Assembly: GCA_037975865.1 (NCBI GenBank) | Contig: JBANFU010000065.1 | Span: 1 to 33,758, forward strand | From: Bacteroidota bacterium | Lineage (GTDB): Bacteria > Bacteroidota > Bacteroidia > NS11-12g > UBA955 | Direction: 5' to 3' | DNA length: 33,758 nucleotides | Part shown: in pieces, positions 9,001 to 16,686 of the stretch | Numbering within the stretch: the first letter of the stretch is position 1 | Layout: each line of letters begins with the position of its first letter | The notes under the pieces: model-generated | Database searches by the model: none | What the model was told of the DNA's origin: nothing | The model's input: the letters and a program-made list of their open reading frames with translations, nothing else | Translations under genes and position numbers: made by a program

Positions 9001-10199
9001 ATGTTCGATTTGGAAACCACAGCCGATGGACCATCTCTGGAAACGCCGAAATCAAAAATAGCGGATTCAATGCCACCGAATGGTCTACCATAGGCCAAAA
9101 CGGACTGCGATGCACCCATGGGGCGTGGAATGTTAGCAACTGCACATTCCGAGGACTAAATACAGGCATTCAGTGGGGTGAAGATTGCAAAAGTCAACTG
9201 TCAAAAAACCAATTCGAACAGTGCACAACCGCAGTATTGGCGGCATCGAGTCGGTTCCACATCCAACATTGTACCTTCAAGAAAAACAATCTGGCAGTGG
9301 AAATCCACGGCAGTCGCTACCACGATAGCTTCACCAACAACAACTTTACCAACAACACAACAGGGATTTCCGTTACCGGCGACGCCTATACAGCGCCCCT
9401 GCATTGCAATGAAAATAGCTTCTATGCCAATACCACCGGAGTTGAAATGCAAAATCGAAACATCGCGCTGCGCTGTAACATCTTTGGCTACAACACAAAA
9501 GGAATAAACGCCACAGAGTGCAACGTCATCGCTGGCGCGCACTCAGCAATATTGGGAGAAAAAGACTCCGTTTCCTGCGGAAACAACACCTTTGCCTACA
9601 GCCAAAAAAGAAGCATTCAGCTGAACTTCTCCAAAATCTATTTGGATGGGGAAAACAACTTTTTGGTCGGACAAACCAACTCCGCCGATGACAAAGTTCA
9701 GATTGCGGGAACCATTCCCAACCTCGTTTCTACCCCTTGGAATACCAAAAACAGCACCGTAAACTTGGGTAAAAACCACTGGTTTCCCCTCAATAACAAA
9801 GGAACCATGGATACTGTCATTGAGAAATACTTGTCCATCGGCGCCCTAGACATCGGCGGAAAATGGTTTGAAATTACCCTGCAGGGTAGTCTGAGCACCA
9901 AAGTCAATACCCTTTGCTTCGATCCCCAAAAAGCACTCGATGTGGCCAGAAGATCCGCCGGAATCACCGACCAAGAAGACTGGATGAAAAATGAAACACC
10001 CGTGCTTTCAGAAGAATCCATGATCCTGAAAATTCCCAGCAACGCCGCTGTTTACAGCATGGACGGTAGAGAAATCGCCCGCGCCACCACTAAAATTAGC
10101 TGGTCTGATGGATTGAGTACCGGTTTTTATTTGGTGCGCTTTCAGCAAGATAATGGCGCCTGGATATCCCGACGAATTTTTTATACAAACCAACAATAA
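6039..10199 (+). CDS. Secreted multidomain protein: unknown N-terminal region, lipase-type alpha/beta-hydrolase, PbH1 parallel beta-helix repeats and a T9SS C-terminal sorting domain
   Basis: Trimmed from the TTG at 5952 to the ATG at 6039, which begins a signal peptide (MKKALLFTVVLTGFVHQAFCQ). Nucleophile elbow GASMG at 7299..7313 follows IVFVEGIDFG and precedes TSFDGPHLG (PGAP1/DUF676-like). PbH1-like repeats at about 9128..9650 include NCTFRGLNTGIQ, HCTFKKNNLAVEI, NNNFTNNTTGISV, ENSFYANTTGVEM and CNIFGYNTKGINA. The C-terminal AAVYSMDGREI...GFYLVRFQQDNG...RRIFY is a type-A T9SS sorting domain. Confidence 0.85.
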   Translation: MKKALLFTVVLTGFVHQAFCQDYLSQYQQFFKGLNLGSAQAPKIIELAAPQIDPAVFNGSNANIPAKLDQAEELLRSLRYTQRANTANIPHWDSLLLWTEQYLNRGILPLLLVDFRYELLSDSFWIREQYSYQSDSNFLLKKGPWQTSDFRKADAFCFIPMKEYISPQIHSVVFDTRFYVSHLQTTSLPALGGDIHGNGFRILPNQPTALPPTNEGINNLLLFLEADSQNERFSINKGVKSDALSAFKRLVTRYHLVKNPLIPDWQTITQGLSIDEFNVSTYVTAENGKTVKTGAKVSIHYSHKTKGVPGCLNKPIVFVEGIDFGYRGWPTGCRDGKCGNTGYIDLLKGKQWDVESQSWTDWHSIEHGPAVLKEYRDSGYDIVYIDFFDGADFIENNAVVAQEAIKQIEQRLCGEYIHVLGASMGALVAKRALTQLENDTIAHCIQSYTSFDGPHLGANIPLGLQATLEYYSGVSGKISDLKNRMLNRPASKQMLLVHYQNTDRPHPYRDRYMADSTLQAFPTMPWRFAIVNGSSDIDNQQQDSFGTLAPGDPLLHFNIGQPLFNNIKALAKLVGGKTLSAVASVLPTSDAWIVTYSRAIMVGKDIVPVVATFKTTYKKEGPYRVTERDEKLDHIAGGKSSVTASLHNALKQQSWLISSELYNTNTCFIPVWSAIASDSVRYKLWPLPVLSKTLGNQFLRLRNTPFHNYYAPNWNQDHVYFDNEKDGNAHWLLLQIQATEKQALDSWQGELYVGRPYDRFIKQLTVKTNQTLSINGTILGPRMTPIEKETVSQLKKRIFYLGHCQSSNIQLNPKSKMIVSAGHTGKQPTQLICKNRASITVETGSTLWLQNELCEVIVGKGAQLILQDGASLIIDNGARLILEENSLLHIGKNVTIQLNGEQALLHMKGRVILAQNANFHISSKPGSALGLIKWSNVQGGFGRFNLVAHGNNNFRLEGNDANASPVLQIEGDVNHSGRFDSLFLNRAHVRFGNHSRWTISGNAEIKNSGFNATEWSTIGQNGLRCTHGAWNVSNCTFRGLNTGIQWGEDCKSQLSKNQFEQCTTAVLAASSRFHIQHCTFKKNNLAVEIHGSRYHDSFTNNNFTNNTTGISVTGDAYTAPLHCNENSFYANTTGVEMQNRNIALRCNIFGYNTKGINATECNVIAGAHSAILGEKDSVSCGNNTFAYSQKRSIQLNFSKIYLDGENNFLVGQTNSADDKVQIAGTIPNLVSTPWNTKNSTVNLGKNHWFPLNNKGTMDTVIEKYLSIGALDIGGKWFEITLQGSLSTKVNTLCFDPQKALDVARRSAGITDQEDWMKNETPVLSEESMILKIPSNAAVYSMDGREIARATTKISWSDGLSTGFYLVRFQQDNGAWISRRIFYTNQQ

Positions 10200-10262
10200 T
10201 ACACCGTTGTACATATCAGTAATCAGTTGATAACAAACACAATCAAAACCCGTGGTTGAGCG

Positions 10263-10270
10263 TAATTTTG
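10263..10270 (+). promoter_or_regulatory. -7 promoter box TAATTTTG, 4 nt upstream of the ATG at 10275
   Basis: Exact TAnnTTTG match read directly on the plus strand. Confidence 0.5.
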
Positions 10271-10274
10271 TGAG

Positions 10275-11699
10275 ATGAAAATTACTTTTTGGGGAGCGGC
10301 TCGACAGGTCACAGGCAGCATGCATTTACTGGAACTTCCGAGTGGCACACGGGTTTTGATTGATTGTGGATTGGATTATGAAAAAAGAAAAGAATTCGAA
10401 GAAAGAAATGCTACGTTTCCGTTCGACCCAAAATCAATCGATCTGTTGATACTCACCCACGCACATATAGACCACTCTGGTAATGTACCCAACTTGGTAA
10501 GACAGGGGTTCTCGGGAACAATCATCGGCACTGAACCTACATTGGAACTCAGCGATTACCTCCTGCACGATAGCTTGAACATTCAACGCATGGAACTCGC
10601 TGCCAAACAAAAAACCATTTGGAAAAATTCCGGAAAGCGGTTTAAAAAAGGCAAACAGCCCCAAGTGCAAACTCTCTATACCAAAAAACACATCACCGAA
10701 ATGCTAGATCAATCGGTGAGCTTGCCCTATGGCGTAGAATATGCCTTCAATGAAGAATTGAGCATCAGCCTCTACGAAGCTGGGCACATCCTCGGGGCAG
10801 CCAGTGTAAGATTTACAGTGAATCACAATGGTCAAAAAACAGTGGTGGGCTTCACCGGTGATTTGGGGAACGCCAATTCAAAACTGGTGCCTGATCCCAA
10901 ACCCATGGCCGGACTGAATTACCTGGTATCTGAAAGCACCTATGGCGGAAGAAAACACCTCACAGATTCTCAGAAAGCCGAAGATTCACTCCTGGAAGAA
11001 ATCATCGAAACCTGTGTTACCCGCGGCGGTAAATTGGTCATCCCCGCCTTCAGCGTGGGTAGAACCCAAGCCATCATTTTTACCATTCACCAGTTGTATC
11101 GCGCCGGACGATTGCCAGAAATTCCCATTTTTACCGATAGCCCATTGGCCATCAGAAGCACCAAAGTATATCAGCACAACATCGATTTTCTCAATGAAGA
11201 AGCGCAAGCGTTTCAGCAACAACATGGTAGTCTGTTCGACTTCCCGCTGCTGCAAATCATTGAAGATGAAAAAGAAAGCGAAATGCTCAGCGTAATGAAT
11301 ACGCCCTGCGTTATCATCAGTGCCGCGGGTATGGTTGAAGGCGGTAGAATACAAATGCACGTAAGAAACAATGTGGGCTACCCAGAAAATACCATTTTGA
11401 TCGCAGGCTTTTGTGCAGAAGGTACATTGGGACACCGATTGCTGTCGGGCCAAGATTTCGTGGAAATCAACCGCAAACCTCGTCCCGTGCATGCAAAAAT
11501 CAAGCGAACCGACGTCTTCAGCGCACACCCAGACCATCCCCAAATGCTCAACTATTTCCGTGCATCCAATGATGGCAGCCTGAAACAGTTGTTCCTCGTT
11601 CACGGCGACGCAACACAAATGGAAATACTCGCCAACGACGTAGACCATACCACCGTTCATTTACCAGAAAAAGGACAAACCTTTGAACTCATCGAATGA
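10275..11699 (+). CDS. MBL-fold beta-CASP metallo-hydrolase (RNA-metabolising metallo-beta-lactamase family)
   Basis: 474 aa. The HAHIDHSG zinc motif and a length and C-terminal region (...VFSAHPD...LVHGD) typical of beta-CASP/CPSF-like nucleases. Confidence 0.85.
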   Translation: MKITFWGAARQVTGSMHLLELPSGTRVLIDCGLDYEKRKEFEERNATFPFDPKSIDLLILTHAHIDHSGNVPNLVRQGFSGTIIGTEPTLELSDYLLHDSLNIQRMELAAKQKTIWKNSGKRFKKGKQPQVQTLYTKKHITEMLDQSVSLPYGVEYAFNEELSISLYEAGHILGAASVRFTVNHNGQKTVVGFTGDLGNANSKLVPDPKPMAGLNYLVSESTYGGRKHLTDSQKAEDSLLEEIIETCVTRGGKLVIPAFSVGRTQAIIFTIHQLYRAGRLPEIPIFTDSPLAIRSTKVYQHNIDFLNEEAQAFQQQHGSLFDFPLLQIIEDEKESEMLSVMNTPCVIISAAGMVEGGRIQMHVRNNVGYPENTILIAGFCAEGTLGHRLLSGQDFVEINRKPRPVHAKIKRTDVFSAHPDHPQMLNYFRASNDGSLKQLFLVHGDATQMEILANDVDHTTVHLPEKGQTFELIE

Positions 11700-12802
11700 C
11701 CCTGATTGGAATCATATTGTCGCCATTGGGATTGATTTGGGGCCTCGTCGCCCAAGTCAAACGATGGGTTTATGATTTCACGAAACTCAGAAAAACAGCC
11801 GCCCTACCCAACCTCGTGGTCGGAAACCTCAGCGTAGGCGGCTCGGGAAAAACACCCACACTGATTTGGCTCCATCACCAATTCATCCAGCTGGGCATAC
11901 CCGCCAACCACATCGGAGTCCTTTCGCGTGGATACAAGCGCAAAACCACAGGATTTTTGTGGGCCACCACACAATCCAATGCCCACGACATAGGCGACGA
12001 ACCACTGGAAATTGCCACCGCCCTAAAGAGCGCAAATAAAACCATCGCCGTTTGCGAAAATCGTTTGATTGGGATGGAAAAAATGCACCAAGAATCGCCC
12101 GATCTCTCCTTGGTTCTACTCGATGATGGATTCCAACATTTGCGTCTCCAACCCACCCTGAGTGTAATTGTCTGCGATTACAACAACTTGTTCACCCGCG
12201 ATTGGCCCATGCCTGCCAGCAAACTCAGAGAATTTCCTTGGGCAGCCATTCATGCCAATGCAATATTGGTGTCCAACTGTCCGCCTTCGCTCAGTCAGCA
12301 GGAAGCTGCACAATTAAAAAAGTCCTTGTTACAATCCATGAAACGCTGGATGGTTGTAGGACTCAACGCCCGAAAATCGATCGCTTGGGAAAATCACATT
12401 GGCTTTTTGACCACCACAACCTCTCCGGCCGTTTCTCCGTTCGATCAATCCAAAACCCTGCAAAAGGAACCAATTCTGTTAATCACAGGCATCGCGAATC
12501 CCCATCGCGTGGTGAATAACCTGTCAGCCCATGAAGTGGTGAAACACTACGCCTTCCCGGATCACCACCAGTTCAATCAAGACAGCCTAGCCAAAATACA
12601 ATCAGAATTCAATCAACTACAAGAAAATCACCCCAATTTAGCCGTGGTTACTACCCGCAAAGATTGGGTGAAACTGCAATATCTTTGGCCCCAAAATAGG
12701 CCCATTTTCGTGGTTTCATCAACGGTATCACCGCTGTTTGAAACCCAGCCCATGATTCAAACGCTTTTAACACAATTTATTCATGAACATCACATTGACT
12801 AA
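11696..12802 (+). CDS. lpxK: Tetraacyldisaccharide 4'-kinase
   Basis: 368 aa. The P-loop context VGNLSVGGSGKTP and LLDDGFQH are LpxK hallmarks. The start overlaps the upstream stop as ATGA. Confidence 0.9.
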   Translation: MTLIGIILSPLGLIWGLVAQVKRWVYDFTKLRKTAALPNLVVGNLSVGGSGKTPTLIWLHHQFIQLGIPANHIGVLSRGYKRKTTGFLWATTQSNAHDIGDEPLEIATALKSANKTIAVCENRLIGMEKMHQESPDLSLVLLDDGFQHLRLQPTLSVIVCDYNNLFTRDWPMPASKLREFPWAAIHANAILVSNCPPSLSQQEAAQLKKSLLQSMKRWMVVGLNARKSIAWENHIGFLTTTTSPAVSPFDQSKTLQKEPILLITGIANPHRVVNNLSAHEVVKHYAFPDHHQFNQDSLAKIQSEFNQLQENHPNLAVVTTRKDWVKLQYLWPQNRPIFVVSSTVSPLFETQPMIQTLLTQFIHEHHID

Positions 12803-13274
12803 CCGAACTCTTCTCGCAGTAACAACCGCCGTGGTTGCCTGTTTGTCGGCCTGTAACATGCCACAAAACACCCTGGCCGAAGAGTTTCAAGAAATCCCTG
12901 ATAAAACTTGGTCGTGGAGTGATTCCAAAACCTTCACATTCACCATCAGCGATTCAACCCACTACAGCAACCTGTATTTGGGATTGAGAATCCAAGGAAC
13001 CTACGCATACAGCAATCTGTGGCTCATCTCCCAGATTCAAGGAAATAACACCAACATCAAAGAACAAGTCCAAATTGAGGTGGCCGACCAAACCGGTCGA
13101 TGGCTCGGGGAAGGAATGTCTAACCTCATCACCTATTTGAAACCCGTTTACTTGCAAAAAAAATTGGCTCCCGGCACTTACACGTGGACCCTCTCCCAAA
13201 ACATGCGGGATGAAAAGTTGAATGGCGTAGTGGATATCGGCATCAAAGTAGAAAAAGGACAGCCCATTTTATAA
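12783..13274 (+). CDS. gldH: Gliding motility lipoprotein GldH
   Basis: 163 aa with a lipobox (CLSAC). EFQEIPDKTWSW...FTF.I.D....YSNLYLGLR...YAYSNLWL...ADQTGRWLGEGM...GTYTW.L.QNMRDEKLNGV..IG.KVEK fits the GldH family as I remember it. It overlaps the lpxK end by 20 nt. Confidence 0.72.
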   Translation: MNITLTNRTLLAVTTAVVACLSACNMPQNTLAEEFQEIPDKTWSWSDSKTFTFTISDSTHYSNLYLGLRIQGTYAYSNLWLISQIQGNNTNIKEQVQIEVADQTGRWLGEGMSNLITYLKPVYLQKKLAPGTYTWTLSQNMRDEKLNGVVDIGIKVEKGQPIL

Positions 13275-13283
13275 AATAATTTT

Positions 13284-14846
13284 ATGGTAGTGAAAGGATA
13301 TGCAGCCGCATTAGCGGGTGTAGAGGGGATTGTAGTGTCTGTTGAAGCGTGCGCCATGCCGTTTCAAAGCGATATCAGTATGATTAGCGTGATTGGTCTG
13401 CCCGACCACTCCATCAAAGAAAGTCTCTATCGATGTGAGTCGGCCATTCTGCAGTCTAAGTTTAACCCGCTAAGACAAAAACAAATCATTAGCCTATCAC
13501 CCGCCGATTTGCGGAAAGAAGGATCCGGGTATGATTTACCCATCGCGATTGTGATGCTGGCCATGAGCTTTCAAATTCCTGAAACCAAACTGGCCAATTA
13601 TATCATCATGGGCGAACTCGCTCTCGATGGAAAAGTAAAACCCATCAAAGGCGTCCTGAGTATGGCCCTGCTCGCCAAACAACACGGTTTTCAAGGGATT
13701 TTGGTACCCCGAGCCAATGCAAATGAGGCGGCCGCCGTATCCAACATCGATGTGATTCCCGTTGAGTCACTAGAACAAGCGGCCGACTTTCTGTCGAACC
13801 AGTCCCCCATTGCCCCGTGGGAACGACAATCGCAACCGCCCCAAACCACAACACACGCCTCGTTCTCAGAGATTAAAGGACAACACTTTGCCAAAAGAGC
13901 CCTGCAAATTGCCTGTGCAGGCGGACACAATGCGATCATGATTGGACCGCCAGGTGCCGGTAAAACATTGCTGGCCAACAGCCTTCAATCCATTTTACCC
14001 CCAATGACCCTCACAGAATGCTTGGAAACCACCCAAATCCACTCCATCGCAGGCGCTTTTACCAAACAGTCGGGACAGGATGGCATCATCACCCAACGCG
14101 TGGTTAGAAGTCCCCACCACTCCCTCTCCCACGTAGCGATGGTCGGTGGCGGCAACCCTCTGCAACCAGGAGAAATCTCGCTGTCGCACAACGGGGTGCT
14201 GTTTCTTGATGAACTCCCCGAATTTCATAGAAATACCTTGGAATCGCTCCGACAACCACTCGAAGAAAAACAAGTACACATCTCTCGGTCCCGACATCGT
14301 GTCACTTTCCCCGCCAATTTCATGCTCATTGCCAGCATGAACCCCTGCCCCTGTGGTTACTACAATCACCCGAAAATTGATTGCCAATGTTCGGCCAGCA
14401 ACATCGCCAAATACCTCGCCAAGGTCAGTGGGCCTCTGCTTGATCGAATCGACATTCACATACCCATATCGCCCTTGCAATTTGAGGACCTAACAATCCA
14501 GGAGTCGGTTGATTTTGGGGCGGCGGATCGGGCGGTGCGACAAAAAATCATTCAAGCCCGAGAGATACAATTGGCGCGGTTTCAGCAACATGGGCTCAAG
14601 GGTACCTTCTCCAATAGTCAACTCTCAGGAAAATGGGTACAACAACTTTGTAGCATGGATTCTTCGTCTTCCGCATTGCTCAAAACTGCCATGGACAGGC
14701 TAAACTTGAGTGCCCGCGCCTACCATAAATTACTGAAAATTGCCCGCACCATTGCCGACATAGAAGGAGAGGAACAGATTCACAAATCGCACATCGCCGA
14801 GGCGATTCAATACAGAAATCTGGATCGACACTTTGGCTCCGCTTAG
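13284..14846 (+). CDS. YifB/ComM family Mg-chelatase-like AAA+ ATPase
   Basis: 520 aa. Lon-protease-like N-terminal domain, Walker A GPPGAGKT, Walker B LFLDELPEF, a cysteine-rich CPCGYY...CQC insert and a ChlI-like C-terminus. Confidence 0.92.
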   Translation: MVVKGYAAALAGVEGIVVSVEACAMPFQSDISMISVIGLPDHSIKESLYRCESAILQSKFNPLRQKQIISLSPADLRKEGSGYDLPIAIVMLAMSFQIPETKLANYIIMGELALDGKVKPIKGVLSMALLAKQHGFQGILVPRANANEAAAVSNIDVIPVESLEQAADFLSNQSPIAPWERQSQPPQTTTHASFSEIKGQHFAKRALQIACAGGHNAIMIGPPGAGKTLLANSLQSILPPMTLTECLETTQIHSIAGAFTKQSGQDGIITQRVVRSPHHSLSHVAMVGGGNPLQPGEISLSHNGVLFLDELPEFHRNTLESLRQPLEEKQVHISRSRHRVTFPANFMLIASMNPCPCGYYNHPKIDCQCSASNIAKYLAKVSGPLLDRIDIHIPISPLQFEDLTIQESVDFGAADRAVRQKIIQAREIQLARFQQHGLKGTFSNSQLSGKWVQQLCSMDSSSSALLKTAMDRLNLSARAYHKLLKIARTIADIEGEEQIHKSHIAEAIQYRNLDRHFGSA

Positions 14847-15877
14847 CAGTTCTCCTGCCAGTGCCAAGCATCCTTCATCATGGTGGTCAAATCGCGTTTG
14901 GCAGACCAACCCAATACTTGATTAACTTTTTCAGTGTCGGCCCAAACAGCCACCACATCACCTGGTCTACGGTTGCCCAAGGTATAGTTCACCTTTTTGC
15001 CGGTGGCATTTTCAAATGCCTGAATCACTTCCAAAACAGAATATCCTACGCCAGTGCCTATGTTGAATACCTCGAAGACATCGGTTGAAGGGTCACCCAA
15101 CAAAGTTTCTGCCGACTTATTGGATAAAAACAACCGATCAATGGCCGCCACGTGGGCCTCGGCCAGATCCATCACATGAATATAATCGCGAATGCAAGTA
15201 CCATCCGCCGTGGGGTAATCACTGCCATACACGGTCAATTGCTCGCGTATTCCAGCCACCGTTTGCGTGAGATAGGGAATGAGGTTGTTGGGAACGCCCA
15301 AAGGCAACTCGCCAATTTTAGCTGTGGGATGAGCTCCAACTGGATTAAAATAGCGCAGACACTGAACCTCACACCACGTATTGTCTTTGAGAATCACCTC
15401 GGCCATTTGTTTGGTGGCGCCGTACGGACTGGCCGCAGGACGCGTGGGTGTGCTCTCCTTTACGGGTACCGATTCCGGTTCACCATACACCGTACAACTG
15501 CTGCTAAAGACCATTTTATGACAACCGTTTGATTTCATCGCATCCAACAAAGTAATCAGACCAACCACGTTGTTATGATAATACATCAATGGATTTTCTA
15601 CGCTTTCACCCACCGCTTTGTGCGCTGCAAAATGAATTACCGCCTCCGGCTGATGCGATACAAATAAACCGTTCAATAACGCGGCATCATTAACATCGCC
15701 CTGAACATAGGTTGGTCGGTATCCCAACAACGATTCCAACGCATCCAACACCTCTATGCGCGAATTATGCAGGTTGTCGATGATGATGGGATTATACCCC
15801 GCTGCATCCAAACACAACACCGTGTGAGATCCAATAAACCCCAAACCTCCAGTGACCAAAATATTCCGTTTTCCCAT
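14843..15877 (-). CDS. galE: UDP-glucose 4-epimerase
   Basis: Trimmed to the ATG at 15877 (MGKRNILVTGGLGFIGSH Rossmann motif). SSSCTVYG...YGATK catalytic motifs are present. Its stop overlaps the yifB stop by 4 nt in convergent orientation. Confidence 0.92.
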   Translation of the reverse strand: MGKRNILVTGGLGFIGSHTVLCLDAAGYNPIIIDNLHNSRIEVLDALESLLGYRPTYVQGDVNDAALLNGLFVSHQPEAVIHFAAHKAVGESVENPLMYYHNNVVGLITLLDAMKSNGCHKMVFSSSCTVYGEPESVPVKESTPTRPAASPYGATKQMAEVILKDNTWCEVQCLRYFNPVGAHPTAKIGELPLGVPNNLIPYLTQTVAGIREQLTVYGSDYPTADGTCIRDYIHVMDLAEAHVAAIDRLFLSNKSAETLLGDPSTDVFEVFNIGTGVGYSVLEVIQAFENATGKKVNYTLGNRRPGDVVAVWADTEKVNQVLGWSAKRDLTTMMKDAWHWQENC

Positions 15878-15879
15878 GA

Positions 15880-16473
15880 TTATGATACTACTTTCACTTG
15901 TCCGTCTATCAGCTGATATTGTTGCCCCGAACCTGAGCAAGTGGCCATTCCTTGTTCATCAAACTGCAGCGATTCTCCAAATGCGCTCATCCACCCCACC
16001 TGCTTGGCAGGAACGCCCACAACCAGCGCATAGGGTTTCACATCCTCCGTTACCACAGCGCCCGCCCCAACAAATGCAAAAGCACCCAAGGTTACACCAC
16101 AAACAATGGTAGCATTGGCGCCAACACTCACCCCTTTTTCCAATTGGGTGGGCTTGAATTCGCTTTTTCGCACCACAGCGGCGCGGGGATTGATGACGTT
16201 AGTAAACACGGCACTCGGACCAATAAAGCACTGATCCGCCACCATCACACCCTTGTACAATGAAACATTGTTTTGAATCTTTACCCCGTTCCCAACAACC
16301 ACATCGTTGTCGATAAATACGTTTTGCCCGAGCTGACACTCATCGCCCAACACCGATTTGGCAGAGATGTGACAAAAATGCCAGATCTTGGTGCCCTGCC
16401 CAATGACAGCACCCTCGTCCACAACGGCTGTAGGGTGAATTTGGGGCTGGCGATTTTGCTCAGGGGTAGACAT
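15880..16473 (-). CDS. Hexapeptide-repeat (left-handed beta-helix) sugar N-acetyltransferase, WbpD/WlbB-like
   Basis: Trimmed from the track's TTG at 16500 to the ATG at 16473. IHPTAVVDEGAVIGQGTKIWHFCHI plus repeated [LIV]G hexapeptides, and a C-terminal tail as in WlbB-type enzymes. Its stop is 2 nt before the galE start. Confidence 0.82.
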   Translation of the reverse strand: MSTPEQNRQPQIHPTAVVDEGAVIGQGTKIWHFCHISAKSVLGDECQLGQNVFIDNDVVVGNGVKIQNNVSLYKGVMVADQCFIGPSAVFTNVINPRAAVVRKSEFKPTQLEKGVSVGANATIVCGVTLGAFAFVGAGAVVTEDVKPYALVVGVPAKQVGWMSAFGESLQFDEQGMATCSGSGQQYQLIDGQVKVVS

Positions 16474-16479
16474 TTCATT

Positions 16480-16487
16480 CAAAGGTA
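16480..16487 (-). promoter_or_regulatory. -7 promoter box TACCTTTG, 6 nt upstream of the ATG at 16473
   Basis: Plus strand reads caaaggta at 16480..16487. The box lies inside the track's N-terminal extension, which argues against the TTG start. Confidence 0.45.
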
Positions 16488-16633
16488 CAGATTCAATCAA
16501 GGCGATTACAAATGAATTTGCGTGTGTAAATTACTTTTTACGAATCCCTATGATGGTTTGAGATCATCTTGGGCCCTAAGAATTTGCCGCACCCAACACG
16601 GAGATGTGTGTTGCCTTCGCTGCCGAGTATTAT

Positions 16634-16667
16634 AAACAAAAAGGCCCCCGGCTTCGCCGGGGGCCCC
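16634..16667 (-). terminator. Rho-independent terminator downstream of the Pit gene
   Basis: Perfect 9-bp GC stem ggcccccgg/ccgggggcc (16643..16651 and 16657..16665) with a 5-nt loop. On the minus strand it is followed by TTTTTGTTT. Confidence 0.75.
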
Positions 16668-16686
16668 TAACAATGATATCAGTGGA

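Noticed and set aside
15878-15940. N-terminal extensions in the track models for galE (to 15940), fdx (to 26175), aroQ (to 33432), rbfA (to 32904), nusB (from 26132), the coiled-coil gene (to 1713) and the acetyltransferase (to 16500).
   Set aside because: Most begin at TTG. They would overlap the neighbouring gene or contain the TAnnTTTG box. In every case the internal ATG yields the family-typical N-terminus.
16538-16548. ttacgaatccc, which resembles a tRNA T-loop (GTTCGAATCC), in the 186-bp spacer after the Pit gene.
   Set aside because: No complementary T-stem, acceptor stem or anticodon arm can be drawn around it. I found no tRNA or rRNA anywhere in the window.
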